From: Candidatus Pacebacteria bacterium CG_4_9_14_0_2_um_filter_40_15
Lineage (GTDB): Bacteria; Patescibacteriota; Microgenomatia; UBA1400; PJMF01
Direction of reading: 5' to 3'
Assembly: GCA_002788675.1 (NCBI GenBank)
Contig: PFRS01000007.1
Span: 270-64,269 of the forward strand
Length of the DNA: 64,000 nt
Positions 45,858 to 55,683 of the stretch are shown here, piece after piece. The notes under the pieces are model-generated. The model was not told where the DNA came from and searched no databases. It saw only the letters and a list, made by a program, of their open reading frames with translations. The translations under genes were made by a program, and so were the position numbers. The first letter of the stretch is position 1; every line of letters starts with the position of its first letter.

Positions 45858-46592
45858 ATGCATGATCTGGATACGGTTCAATCTATTTTGGAAAACAAGG
45901 GCGGTTTGTTAGCTGTAGATAAGCCTAGTGGTGTTTCAAGTCATACATTAGTGAATTGGGCTAGAAAAGTGTTTGGAATACGAAAAGTAGGACATACTGG
46001 TACTCTGGATCCGTTAGCCTCGGGATTGCTGTTACTGCTAGTAGGTAGAAAATACACCAAACAACAGCCCAAATATTTAAAGCAAGATAAAAAATATTTA
46101 GTTACTGCTCAGCTTGGTATAACTACCGACACCTATGATGCGATGGGGAGACGTGTATCTGAAAAATTTTGGACAGAGATTGAAGATATTACTGAAAAAG
46201 CTATTAGTACTGCGCTTAATTCATTTCAAGGTGAATCTGAGCAAACAGTTCCAGCCTTCTCTGCAGTTAAAAGAAAAGGTAAAAAAATGTATGATCTTGC
46301 TCTATCGGGCGAACTTTCTACTGCAGATTTACCTAAAAGAACAATTACGATACTAGATATTACTCTCATTTCTGTATCTAAAGATAGTTCTGCCCAAGAA
46401 TTTTTTGTGACTTTTTCTGTATCTTGCGGATCTGGTACGTATGTCAGATCATTGGTTCACGATGTAGGTCAACTCCTTGGTTGTGGAGCTATTGTGAAAG
46501 AATTGCGGAGGACTAGAATTGGTAGCACGCAGATTACTGATGCTACTGTTTGTCCTGTACTTCCAAAACAATATATTATTCACAAAAAATAA
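45858..46592 (+). CDS. truB: tRNA pseudouridine(55) synthase
   Basis: VDKPSG, KVGHTGTLDPLASG, SGTYVRSL, LRRTRIG. Confidence 0.96.
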   Translation: MHDLDTVQSILENKGGLLAVDKPSGVSSHTLVNWARKVFGIRKVGHTGTLDPLASGLLLLLVGRKYTKQQPKYLKQDKKYLVTAQLGITTDTYDAMGRRVSEKFWTEIEDITEKAISTALNSFQGESEQTVPAFSAVKRKGKKMYDLALSGELSTADLPKRTITILDITLISVSKDSSAQEFFVTFSVSCGSGTYVRSLVHDVGQLLGCGAIVKELRRTRIGSTQITDATVCPVLPKQYIIHKK

Positions 46593-46697
46593 ACCGTATA
46601 TTCAGTATTTTTTCGAGATTTACGCTTGCACAGCACATCCTAAAAGTATTACACTGAAAACATGACTGAAAAACGGTCTACTTTGTGATGCGTTACT

Positions 46698-47945
46698 ATG
46701 AATAATCAAAATGTATTTATGATTGGCTGGGAATATCCTCCCCACAACAGTGGTGGTTTGGGGGTTGCCTGCAAAGGCCTGACAGAAGCTCTTTCTCAAG
46801 ATCAGACTACTATTCAGTTTGCTCTGCCCTATCACTTTTCGCAGGGTGTTGATCATATGAAAATTATTTCTTGTGTCGATCCAACCTGGGAAGAACGGCT
46901 GGGACAAAAAGTGTTGTATCCTCCCTTTGCGAGTTATAGTTCAGATGGTGTGATTAGAAGTTTCGTGACTGCTAAGGATAGTTTATCTCCAGAAAAGTTG
47001 AGATTGTTACCTCACTCTGAGCTTGAACAACGGGTGCAAGAGTATGCCCGTGTTATTGGTTCTCGCTCTGGATCAATTGAGAAGCATACTGATGTTATTC
47101 ATGCGCACGATTGGATGTCTTTTCCAGCAGCACAGACACTCAAAAAGAAGACAGGAAAGCCTTTTATTGCTCATGTGCACAGCACTGAGTATGATCGCGC
47201 TGGATTAAATCAAGGTAATCACTTTATTTCACATATTGAACACGAAGGTATGACTCAAGCAGATAGAGTTATTGCGGTAAGTTATTACACCAAGAGTTTA
47301 TTAGTCAATAAGTATGGTATAGATGCTCAAAAAATTGACGTAGCGCACAACGGAGCCTCTTCACCTGAGTCCCAACCTAATCCGGGGAATCATCACTTTG
47401 CACAGAAACGACCGGTCGTTGTGTTTATGGGTAGGCTTACTCTCCATAAAGGAGTGCAGTACTTTATACAACTTGCCCAGTCGGTGCTTGCTTCAATTCC
47501 TAATGCGTTGTTTATTGTTGCCGGTTCGGGTGATATGTATCATGAACTCTTATTAACCTCTGCAACGAGGCATCTATCTGCATCAGTTCTTTTTAGTGGT
47601 TTTGTTCGTAGCGAGCAACGCGATACACTTCTTGATCGAGCTGACGTGTTTGTGATGCCATCAATCTCTGAACCATTTGGTTTAGTTGCCGTTGAAGCAG
47701 CACAACGTCACACACCAGTTATAATTTCAAAAAATGCCGGGGTAAGTGAAGTGTTACATGGAGCAGTTGCACTAGATTTTTGGGATTTAGATAAGATGAC
47801 AACCGCAATTAAAGAACTTATTTTGGATCCAAACCACTCGAGAAAAGTTGTGAGTAATCAACTCAACGACTTAGAGCACATTACTTGGGGTAATGCAGCT
47901 ACAAAAGTAAAGCAGTCGTACTTACGAGCTATTCTTGGAAAGTAG
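46698..47945 (+). CDS. GT4 family glycosyltransferase (glycogen-synthase-like N-terminus)
   Basis: WEYPPHNSGGLG, HAHDW, HVHSTEYDR, PSISEPFGLVAVEA. Confidence 0.92.
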   Translation: MNNQNVFMIGWEYPPHNSGGLGVACKGLTEALSQDQTTIQFALPYHFSQGVDHMKIISCVDPTWEERLGQKVLYPPFASYSSDGVIRSFVTAKDSLSPEKLRLLPHSELEQRVQEYARVIGSRSGSIEKHTDVIHAHDWMSFPAAQTLKKKTGKPFIAHVHSTEYDRAGLNQGNHFISHIEHEGMTQADRVIAVSYYTKSLLVNKYGIDAQKIDVAHNGASSPESQPNPGNHHFAQKRPVVVFMGRLTLHKGVQYFIQLAQSVLASIPNALFIVAGSGDMYHELLLTSATRHLSASVLFSGFVRSEQRDTLLDRADVFVMPSISEPFGLVAVEAAQRHTPVIISKNAGVSEVLHGAVALDFWDLDKMTTAIKELILDPNHSRKVVSNQLNDLEHITWGNAATKVKQSYLRAILGK

Positions 47946-47950
47946 TCCTC

Positions 47951-49180
47951 ATGCCCAAAGTATGTTTTTATTTTCAGTTGCATCAACCGTACCGCTTAGC
48001 AGATATTAGTGTTTTTGATGTAGGTACTGGGACAGATTATTTTTCAGGTGTAGGGAAAAAGAACCAAGCGGACGATAATAAAGAAATCTTTTTAAAAGTG
48101 GCTGAAAAGTCATATCGGCCGATGCTTACTCTGTTACTTAAGCTGGTTAAAAAGCATTCTGACTTTTATTTTTCTATGTCCCTGTCAGGGGTTTTTCTCG
48201 AACAGGTTGAAGCGTATGCTCCAGATCTCATTCCGATTTTAAAGAAACTTGCCAAATCTCGCCAAGTCGAGTTCTTAGCTGAAACGTATTATCATTCTTT
48301 GGCTGCCCTCTACTCTCCAACTGAGTTTAAAAAGCAGGTGCAGCAGCATTCCGACATTTTATTCAATTTGTTGGGTGCACGGCCAAGTGCTTTTAGAAAT
48401 ACTGAGCTTATTTTTAATAATGATATAGCTCAATTAGTTGAAGAACTTGGGTATGCAGGCATGCTTACTGAAGGAGTTGATAGATACCTTTGGGGTAGAA
48501 AACGCACGGTTCCTTATATAGCTAAAACAAAATATCAATTGCCCGTTTTGTTAAAGCATGCTCAGTTATCGGATGATGTGGCTTTTCGATTTTCAGAAAA
48601 ATCCTGGCCTGCATGGCCATTAACGGTTAAGCAGTACTTAGAGTGGATTGAGGTGTATCCTGAGGAAGAAATAGTTAACCTATTTATGGATTTTGAAACC
48701 TTTGGTGAACACCAGTGGGCAGATACAGGTATTTTTACTTTTTTTGAAGCATTCGTAGCTGCATTTTTACAAAAAAAATGGAATAGGTTTGTTACGCCCA
48801 CACAGATATTTACTCCTGTATGTGATCGGAAAATTAAGAAAAACTGTTTAGATAAATCAAAATTAGATACTTACGATGTTGTTGAACCAATTTCATGGGC
48901 CGACGTAGACAGAGACATAACGGCTTGGCGAGATAATCCCTATCAGATAGATACTCTAGAAATTATGTATGACATGGAGTCTCGAGTCCTTTTAAGTAAT
49001 GATGCAGAGCTTGTAAATGATTGGCGTCGTCTACAGACCAGTGACCATTTTTACTACATGTGTACAAAATGGGCTGCTGATGGAGATGTTCATGCGTATT
49101 TTAGTCCATATTCTGATCCACATGAAGCGTATAGAAGATTCACTATCGCATTAGCTGATTTGCAAGAACGATTACTCTAA
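47951..49180 (+). CDS. glycoside hydrolase family 57 (alpha-amylase-like)
   Basis: FQLHQP, ETYYHSL, FRNTEL, MDFETFGEH, LQTSDHFYYM. Confidence 0.93.
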   Translation: MPKVCFYFQLHQPYRLADISVFDVGTGTDYFSGVGKKNQADDNKEIFLKVAEKSYRPMLTLLLKLVKKHSDFYFSMSLSGVFLEQVEAYAPDLIPILKKLAKSRQVEFLAETYYHSLAALYSPTEFKKQVQQHSDILFNLLGARPSAFRNTELIFNNDIAQLVEELGYAGMLTEGVDRYLWGRKRTVPYIAKTKYQLPVLLKHAQLSDDVAFRFSEKSWPAWPLTVKQYLEWIEVYPEEEIVNLFMDFETFGEHQWADTGIFTFFEAFVAAFLQKKWNRFVTPTQIFTPVCDRKIKKNCLDKSKLDTYDVVEPISWADVDRDITAWRDNPYQIDTLEIMYDMESRVLLSNDAELVNDWRRLQTSDHFYYMCTKWAADGDVHAYFSPYSDPHEAYRRFTIALADLQERLL

Positions 49181-49256
49181 CGATTTTTGCTTTTGTGGTA
49201 GCTTGAGTGCCTTTGATATCTTGTAGAAGGTTTCCTTACACTGGTATAGTTATAGT

Positions 49257-51266
49257 ATGCCCAGAGCTCTTACACTTGGAAATGGAAAAATGTTGGTTTG
49301 TCTCGATGAATTCGGTTTTGTCAGAGACTTTTATTACCCATACGTTGGTTTAGAAAATCATGTTGCTGGTCATAAGCACAGAATTGGTGTTTCTGTGAAC
49401 AATGCTTTTTCTTGGTTGAATGATGGTAGCTGGGAGATATCTATTGGCTATAAGCCAGAATCAATGGTTGGATACTTAGTGTGCAAAAGTTCTAAACTTA
49501 ACATTACTCTCGTTATGGAAGACTCAGTGTATAATGAGAAAGATGTCTTTCTGCGACAAGTCGATGTGTATAATCACTCTGACGAATATGTTGATGTAAA
49601 GATCTTTTTTCATCAAATATTTCATATTTCAGAATCTAAAAAGCGTAATACAGCATTTTATGACCCCACACATAATTCAGTAGTTCACTATAAAGGTAGA
49701 CGTGTGTTTATTGTGAATGGTCAGACTGAGAATGGTTCAGGGATAGATGATTATACTGTTGGGGCGTTCGAATATGAAGGAAAGGAAGGCTCATTTAGAG
49801 ATGCTGAGGACTCAGTTCTCACACAGAATGCTGTTGAGCATGGTTCCGTTGACTCTGTTGTTCGTTTTAGTACCTCTTGTGCTAATAAATCAAAATCTCG
49901 TGTGTATTATTGGATAGCAGTAGGTAAATCTCTGGAGGATGCCTATGAACTTAATAATTTAGTAGTTAGTAAGACTCCAAAGGCAATGTTGCATTCAACC
50001 GAAAGTTATTGGAATGCTTGGTTAAACACGCGCGAGTTTGATACAGATAGCCTGCCTCCTGAACAGAAAAAATTATTTGATACGTCTCTCTTTGTACTGA
50101 GAAGTCACACAGATAATAGAGGCAGTATTATTGCCAGTGGTGACAGTGAAATGATTGAGTATGGCAAAGATGACTATAGTTATATGTGGCCAAGGGACGC
50201 TGCGTTTATTGCTACTACTTTAGATAAAGCTGGATATCATGAAGCTACCAAAGAATTTTTCCTTTTCTGTAAAGATGTTATGCATCCTGATGGCTATTTG
50301 CATCATCGCTACCGAAGTGATGAAAGTTTAGGTTCAACTTGGCACTCAACGACTTCACAAGGTGAATGGCTGAAGGACAAGATTCTTCAGTTACCTATTC
50401 AGGAAGATGAAACTGCGGGCGTGCTCTTTGCACTTTGGAATCACTACGAAAAATCAAAAGACTTAGAATTTATTGAATTTTTGTATAAGCCGCTTATTGA
50501 AAAGATGGGTCGTTTCTTAATTAGTTTCAGAGATAAAGATACTGGATTGCCTCTGGCATCATACGATCTCTGGGAAGAAAAGATCGGTGTATCAACATAT
50601 ACTTGTGCTAGTACGTATGGTGGATTAATGGCCGCAGCGAAGTTTTCTGAACTTTTGGACAAAAGAAATCATATGCGTGATTATAAAAAGGCAGCCAATG
50701 AAATCAAGAAAGCCATGACAGATAATCTCTTTTCACCAAGTTTAGATGCCTTTGTTAGAATTGGGTATTATAAGCAAGAAGGTTTTGTAAGAGATGAAAT
50801 TGTAGACTCAAGCTCTCTCTTTGGTCTATGGTACTTTGGCATGTTTGATCAAGATGATCCTCTTTTTCAGAAGACCTATCAAGCTACCCGAGAACGATTG
50901 TGGAATCCGACAGAAATAGGTGGTTTTATACGGTACGAACATGATAATTATTTTAGGTCTACCAACAAATCAAACCCCTGGTTTATCACAACATTATGGG
51001 AAGCACAGATGAAGTTATCAAAAACTACTGTAACGGCAGAAGATTTGCAGTTTGCAAGCGATACATTCGCTTGGGTTACAAAACATGTCTTTAGTTCTGG
51101 TGTCTTAGCTGAGCAGCTTAATCCCTACACAGGTGAGTCACTTTCTTCAACCCCACTCGTTTGGAGTCATGCGGTGTATGTTGAAACGATGCTTCTCTAT
51201 TTAGAAAAGAAACAACAGTATGATCTTCAGAGTCAAGACGTCTCGGAAGCTACGCATACGTTATAA
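49257..51266 (+). CDS. glycoside hydrolase family 15 (glucoamylase-like)
   Basis: YSYMWPRD, QEDET, YDLWEE, LAEQ, PLVWSHA. Confidence 0.93.
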   Translation: MPRALTLGNGKMLVCLDEFGFVRDFYYPYVGLENHVAGHKHRIGVSVNNAFSWLNDGSWEISIGYKPESMVGYLVCKSSKLNITLVMEDSVYNEKDVFLRQVDVYNHSDEYVDVKIFFHQIFHISESKKRNTAFYDPTHNSVVHYKGRRVFIVNGQTENGSGIDDYTVGAFEYEGKEGSFRDAEDSVLTQNAVEHGSVDSVVRFSTSCANKSKSRVYYWIAVGKSLEDAYELNNLVVSKTPKAMLHSTESYWNAWLNTREFDTDSLPPEQKKLFDTSLFVLRSHTDNRGSIIASGDSEMIEYGKDDYSYMWPRDAAFIATTLDKAGYHEATKEFFLFCKDVMHPDGYLHHRYRSDESLGSTWHSTTSQGEWLKDKILQLPIQEDETAGVLFALWNHYEKSKDLEFIEFLYKPLIEKMGRFLISFRDKDTGLPLASYDLWEEKIGVSTYTCASTYGGLMAAAKFSELLDKRNHMRDYKKAANEIKKAMTDNLFSPSLDAFVRIGYYKQEGFVRDEIVDSSSLFGLWYFGMFDQDDPLFQKTYQATRERLWNPTEIGGFIRYEHDNYFRSTNKSNPWFITTLWEAQMKLSKTTVTAEDLQFASDTFAWVTKHVFSSGVLAEQLNPYTGESLSSTPLVWSHAVYVETMLLYLEKKQQYDLQSQDVSEATHTL

Positions 51267-51273
51267 AGGTAGT

Positions 51274-52209
51274 ATGGCAGAGTATTATTTAGCAGTTGAT
51301 GGCGGTGGAACCAAGACAGATGTGGTTTGTGTAGATGAAACTGGGGCCATTATTGGTAAAGGTTCATCTGGACCCATGAGCTTAACAGTTACCACCATTG
51401 GGGCTGCGAGCTTTAATTTAATTGAAGCAATTCGTATTGCTATTGAGTCACATCCAGAAATTAAACAATTTAAACGTGTTGTACTTGGTTTGGCTGGAGT
51501 AGATACAACTGAGGAAAAGACCCGAGCAGAAGAAGTGTTTAAGCGAGCGCTTTCCCACTATCAGTTTGATGATTTTGTATTGCTTAACGACAGTGAAATA
51601 GCGCTAGTTAATGGGTCTGATAGTCCTAATGCCCTCATTTTAGTGAGCGGAACGGGTAGTATTTGCTATGGTAGAAATAGTAAAGGTGAGACGGCTCGCG
51701 TTTCTGGTATGGATTATTTGTTGGCTGATCAAGGTTCAGGATATAGCATTGGCCGTAAGGTGTTACAAGCAGCTGTGAAGAGTTTTGATGGTCGTGGCAA
51801 GTCAACATATCTTGAAGGTTTGGTTTGTGAACAGTATATGGTCCCTAAAATTTCCTTCTTAAAAGAAGAAGTCTATAATCCAGATTTAACTAAAAGTGAA
51901 ATTGCACGTCTGTCGCCGCTTTGCACAAAAGCAGTTGAGGCAGGAGATGAAGTTGCTATCTCAATTTTACATGAAGAAATCGATGAAATGATTCTCTCTG
52001 CATCTACTGTATTAAAAAAATTACACTCGGGTGATGAATTATTTGAAATAGTTTTTGCTGGGGCAATTTTAGAGTTAGAGTATGTTTCTAGTAAAGTAAA
52101 AGAACAACTTTCAACACAATTTAGTAATCTTCATTTTGTTCGCCAGGATAGTGATCCAGTCTATGGTGCAATAAAACTAGCGCTGCGCAAACAAGATAAA
52201 CAGGTATAA
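51274..52209 (+). CDS. BadF/BadG-type sugar kinase (N-acetylglucosamine kinase-like)
   Basis: VDGGGTKT, GLAG, ND, SGTGS, LADQGSGY. Confidence 0.9.
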   Translation: MAEYYLAVDGGGTKTDVVCVDETGAIIGKGSSGPMSLTVTTIGAASFNLIEAIRIAIESHPEIKQFKRVVLGLAGVDTTEEKTRAEEVFKRALSHYQFDDFVLLNDSEIALVNGSDSPNALILVSGTGSICYGRNSKGETARVSGMDYLLADQGSGYSIGRKVLQAAVKSFDGRGKSTYLEGLVCEQYMVPKISFLKEEVYNPDLTKSEIARLSPLCTKAVEAGDEVAISILHEEIDEMILSASTVLKKLHSGDELFEIVFAGAILELEYVSSKVKEQLSTQFSNLHFVRQDSDPVYGAIKLALRKQDKQV

Positions 52210-52217
52210 TACCGCCA

Positions 52218-52715
52218 ATGCAACCTCATACAGGCGCAATTATCACACTTTTGGCACAACTCCGTTATGATATTGGCGATAGTTACTACAAAGTTGATTG
52301 TGCCATGAATAACCGGCAATATCAGATAACCTTGCATGACGTCTATCGTCATCAGCTTATTTTGCGTGTTGGAAACATCTATCCGTGTTATACAAAGGTG
52401 CATCTTGAAGTTGGTGGGGATTTTTCAATTGAGAGCACTATGCAAGGAAATACGGAAGTAAATTTTTTGTACATGCGGAAAGAATGTCATCTGCGCATTG
52501 AACATTCTCACTCAAATATAGTTTCTGAAAAATATAAATTTGAATTTGATCGAGACACAGTTTGGATACGCAAAGGTGAGTACGATAAAGAAAATGGGGC
52601 TCGTGCTACTTTTGAAGGTCGGTATGAGGCAGCGTATCGTCGTTCTGAGTTGAAGGATACGATTTACTTGGATGGACACCGCACAGATGAGGTTTTTCAG
52701 TATACCTTGCCTTAG
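52218..52715 (+). CDS. hypothetical protein
   Basis: 165-aa ORF 7 nt after TATAAT. Confidence 0.65.
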   Translation: MQPHTGAIITLLAQLRYDIGDSYYKVDCAMNNRQYQITLHDVYRHQLILRVGNIYPCYTKVHLEVGGDFSIESTMQGNTEVNFLYMRKECHLRIEHSHSNIVSEKYKFEFDRDTVWIRKGEYDKENGARATFEGRYEAAYRRSELKDTIYLDGHRTDEVFQYTLP

Positions 52716-52749
52716 TTTTCTTATTTTGAACGTTTTTTTTGAAAAATAA

Positions 52750-53052
52750 TTATTTTTCTTTTGTAACCTCTAATTTTTCGAACCAACCGCGTCGATATAA
52801 AATTCCAATTATTGCGTAGACGCCAATATCTGTCCAGGTATCGTCAATGGATTCATTTTCAGGTTCACCACTTTTCATGAGTAGATTTTTGAGTCTCTCA
52901 CCTTTTTCACTAATGCGGAAGGCTATGCCAAGTTCCTTAATGGAGAGGACATTGCCCTTACCATAGTCTTTATGTTTCTTTAAAAATGTTTGAAGAAATT
53001 CTTCAGCGACGATTTCAATAGCTTCATTTAGTGATTGAGGATCTTTACTCAT
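52750..53052 (-). CDS. DUF1599 / nucleotide-modification-associated domain protein
   Basis: KKHKDYG...RISEK..RLKNL...ESIDDTWTDIGVYAII pattern. Confidence 0.75.
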   Translation of the reverse strand: MSKDPQSLNEAIEIVAEEFLQTFLKKHKDYGKGNVLSIKELGIAFRISEKGERLKNLLMKSGEPENESIDDTWTDIGVYAIIGILYRRGWFEKLEVTKEK

Positions 53053-53221
53053 GGATTCTTTCTGAAAGTGTCAAATTATCAATAGTTTTTTATAAACTAT
53101 CTACCTGATGTTCCGCAAGGGTGAATCTAGTGCAAGCAGGCGGAACCCGCAGTGTGTATTTCAAAAAATTGGGAAAGTGATACACTATGATTTGGTTACA
53201 TGTCTTAATTAGAAAGGCACC

Positions 53222-53950
53222 ATGCGACTCAAAGAAGCAGAGTTTCTTAGAGAAGAAAACGTTGAAAAACAAGAAAAGTTTGGACATAAAATTATCAGTG
53301 TACCACCACTTTTAGAGTATGTAGAAAATGCAATTTGGAAGGCTGAAGATGAAGCTGAAGTAAAAAGACTTCTTGATGCTTCACGAGAACATGAAAGACG
53401 ATACTTTGGTTGGGAAATGAACAGAAAAGGCATCACTCCTGTTGGTTTTCTGTATACAGGATTAGAAGGATTTTTAGTTGGTCTAGGACTCTCAGCTGAT
53501 GAGGCACATGCTCGGATTATGCAGTATGGTTTAGATATTGTTGATGGTATATACAGAGCTCATTCCACTTCGTATGACAGTCGGAAACAACTAGAACGAG
53601 TTATGCGTGGTGAGTCTAGCAGAGCTGCAGCAGTTGAAGAGTGGAGTGCCATATTGGGAGCAACTTTAGCAAGACGGAGAGCTGAGATCACTACAAATCA
53701 CTCTGCTCAGGAATATCGCAGAATGGTTTCTGAGAGAGCTCAAACATTGCCTAAAATAAAGTATACGGTCGATTCAAATGGGCAAATTAAGCAAGAGTAT
53801 TTTATTGCGACGGAGCCAGTTTCAGCGACAAATGCTCCAGCATATAGTCCAAAAAATGATAGAGAAGCGTATGCGCAGCTTGTTACTCGTCGAATTGGTA
53901 TTGTTGGTCACCCTCTACTACGAGCTGCCATGCGACATGCTCACCGTTAG
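53222..53950 (+). CDS. hypothetical protein
   Basis: 242-aa ORF with AAAGG before ATG. Confidence 0.75.
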   Translation: MRLKEAEFLREENVEKQEKFGHKIISVPPLLEYVENAIWKAEDEAEVKRLLDASREHERRYFGWEMNRKGITPVGFLYTGLEGFLVGLGLSADEAHARIMQYGLDIVDGIYRAHSTSYDSRKQLERVMRGESSRAAAVEEWSAILGATLARRRAEITTNHSAQEYRRMVSERAQTLPKIKYTVDSNGQIKQEYFIATEPVSATNAPAYSPKNDREAYAQLVTRRIGIVGHPLLRAAMRHAHR

Positions 53951-54020
53951 TACTTTATTGTAGATTTGAAGTGAGTGGTGGTACTATGTGTACACAGTAG
54001 TTACGAAAAGGTTTGTATTT

Positions 54021-55211
54021 ATGCAGAATACTTCAGATCGCGCCATCAAAATTCACACACAATTTCAAGGAAAACTGGAAGTACAATCTCTTGTTCCCAT
54101 TGAAAATGCTGATGATCTTTCTCTTGCATATACACCTGGAGTTGGAGCTGTATCAAGAGTGATTGCCGAAGATAAAACCCAAGTTAAAAATTTGACACTT
54201 GCAGGTAGAACAGTAGCAATTATTTCAGATGGAAGCGCTGTACTAGGTCTTGGAAATATTGGACCAGAAGCAGCGCTGCCAGTTATGGAGGGAAAAGCCT
54301 TGCTTCTTAAGCAGTTTGCTGGATTAGATGCGTTTCCTTTAGTTATTACAGCAACTGAAGCTTCAGATATTGTTCGTTTTGTTAAACAGGTATCCCCCAC
54401 CTTTTTTGCTATAAATCTTGAAGATATTACCGCTCCAAAATGTTTTGAAGTTGAAGAGGCTCTACAAGATATTGGTATTCCTGTGTTTCACGATGATCAA
54501 CATGGTACAGCCATTGTAGTTGCAGCTGCATTACTCAACGCTGCCAAAGCTGTAGGCAAGAACTACGCTGACCTTAAGGTGGGTATTGTTGGAGCAGGTG
54601 CTGCAGGACTTGCCATTGCTAAGATGTTGTTAGGTGCAAATTGTCGAGCCTCAAGTTGTTCAATTGTTGAATCGCTCCCTAGAGTTTCAGACGTTGTGGT
54701 ATTTGATAGACAGGGGGCTTTGTATCGTGGCAGAAAAGGTATGAATGTCTACAAGCAAGCAGTTGCTGGTATTAGCAACAGGGAGCACAGTATTGGCCAG
54801 CCAGAAGAAGTATTAAGTGGGTTTGACGTAGTTATTGGAGTTTCTGGTCCTGGTAGCATTACTAAAAAAATAGTCAGTGGTCTTGCTGAAGATTCAATTG
54901 TATTTGCTATGGCAAATCCAGATCCTGAAATCATGCCAGAGGATGCTCTTGCTGCAGGTGCAACAGTTGTTGCCACAGGTCGCAGTGATTTTGGAAACCA
55001 AATAAATAATGTACTTGCATTCCCAGCAATTTTTAAAATTGCTCACGAGTTACAGTTACCTCGAATAACAATGGAAGTTAAAGTAGCTTTGATGAAATCA
55101 CTTGCGGAATTAGTTGAGTCTCCTACTCCAGAAGAGGTGATCGTGTCGCCATTTTATCCAAATTTAGTTGAAATTTTAGTTGAAAAAACAAAGCAGAAAA
55201 TTGCGCACTAA
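54021..55211 (+). CDS. NAD(P)-dependent malic enzyme
   Basis: LSLAYTPGV, PVMEGK, INLEDI, FHDDQHGTA, GAGAAG, ATGRSD..NQINN. Confidence 0.95.
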   Translation: MQNTSDRAIKIHTQFQGKLEVQSLVPIENADDLSLAYTPGVGAVSRVIAEDKTQVKNLTLAGRTVAIISDGSAVLGLGNIGPEAALPVMEGKALLLKQFAGLDAFPLVITATEASDIVRFVKQVSPTFFAINLEDITAPKCFEVEEALQDIGIPVFHDDQHGTAIVVAAALLNAAKAVGKNYADLKVGIVGAGAAGLAIAKMLLGANCRASSCSIVESLPRVSDVVVFDRQGALYRGRKGMNVYKQAVAGISNREHSIGQPEEVLSGFDVVIGVSGPGSITKKIVSGLAEDSIVFAMANPDPEIMPEDALAAGATVVATGRSDFGNQINNVLAFPAIFKIAHELQLPRITMEVKVALMKSLAELVESPTPEEVIVSPFYPNLVEILVEKTKQKIAH

Positions 55212-55237
55212 TGAATAGCATTGGGTGTGAAATTGAT

Positions 55238-55268
55238 AAAAAAAAGCGGAGCGCATTGCGCTCCGCTT
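55238..55268. terminator. terminator between convergent genes
   Basis: aagcggagcgc-att-gcgctccgctt with flanking A run. Confidence 0.7.
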
Positions 55269-55305
55269 GAGCATATGCTCATTGGGGGGACACCCTTGTT
55301 ACTGT

Positions 55306-55515
55306 TTACAGATAAAACAGTAACCAGATTATGCCCCAAAAAAATCCTATGATAGCTAGACATATACCAACCCAGATTCCAACCACAGAAAGATTAGTGC
55401 CTGAGTTTGTAATGTGCTGTTCTTCATCTTTGCCTGTGATAATATCCGAGGCGCTTGAAAAAACAATTGCAATTCCGGCCAGTAAAAAGAGCAATGGATA
55501 AAGAAATGTTTCCAT
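55306..55515 (-). CDS. small two-TM membrane protein
   Basis: AGGAGG SD, two hydrophobic helices. Confidence 0.75.
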   Translation of the reverse strand: METFLYPLLFLLAGIAIVFSSASDIITGKDEEQHITNSGTNLSVVGIWVGICLAIIGFFWGIIWLLFYL

Positions 55516-55683
55516 TTTTATCCTCCTTTTTTATAGAATATATCCCATAGTATATAACAATTTTGATACAATGCAATATGGAGGTCTGTAATTAAAAAAA
55601 ATATTTTTTTGTACATATCCATCAAGGTATTTAAATAGGTGAATGATTCTTCATTTTTAATGCATACTACTGCATAATAGGGT

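Noticed and set aside
53080-53150. preQ1-I riboswitch (TATAAAAAACTA tail)
   Set aside because: No matching P1 stem and loop immediately upstream; the tail is explained by a simple hairpin
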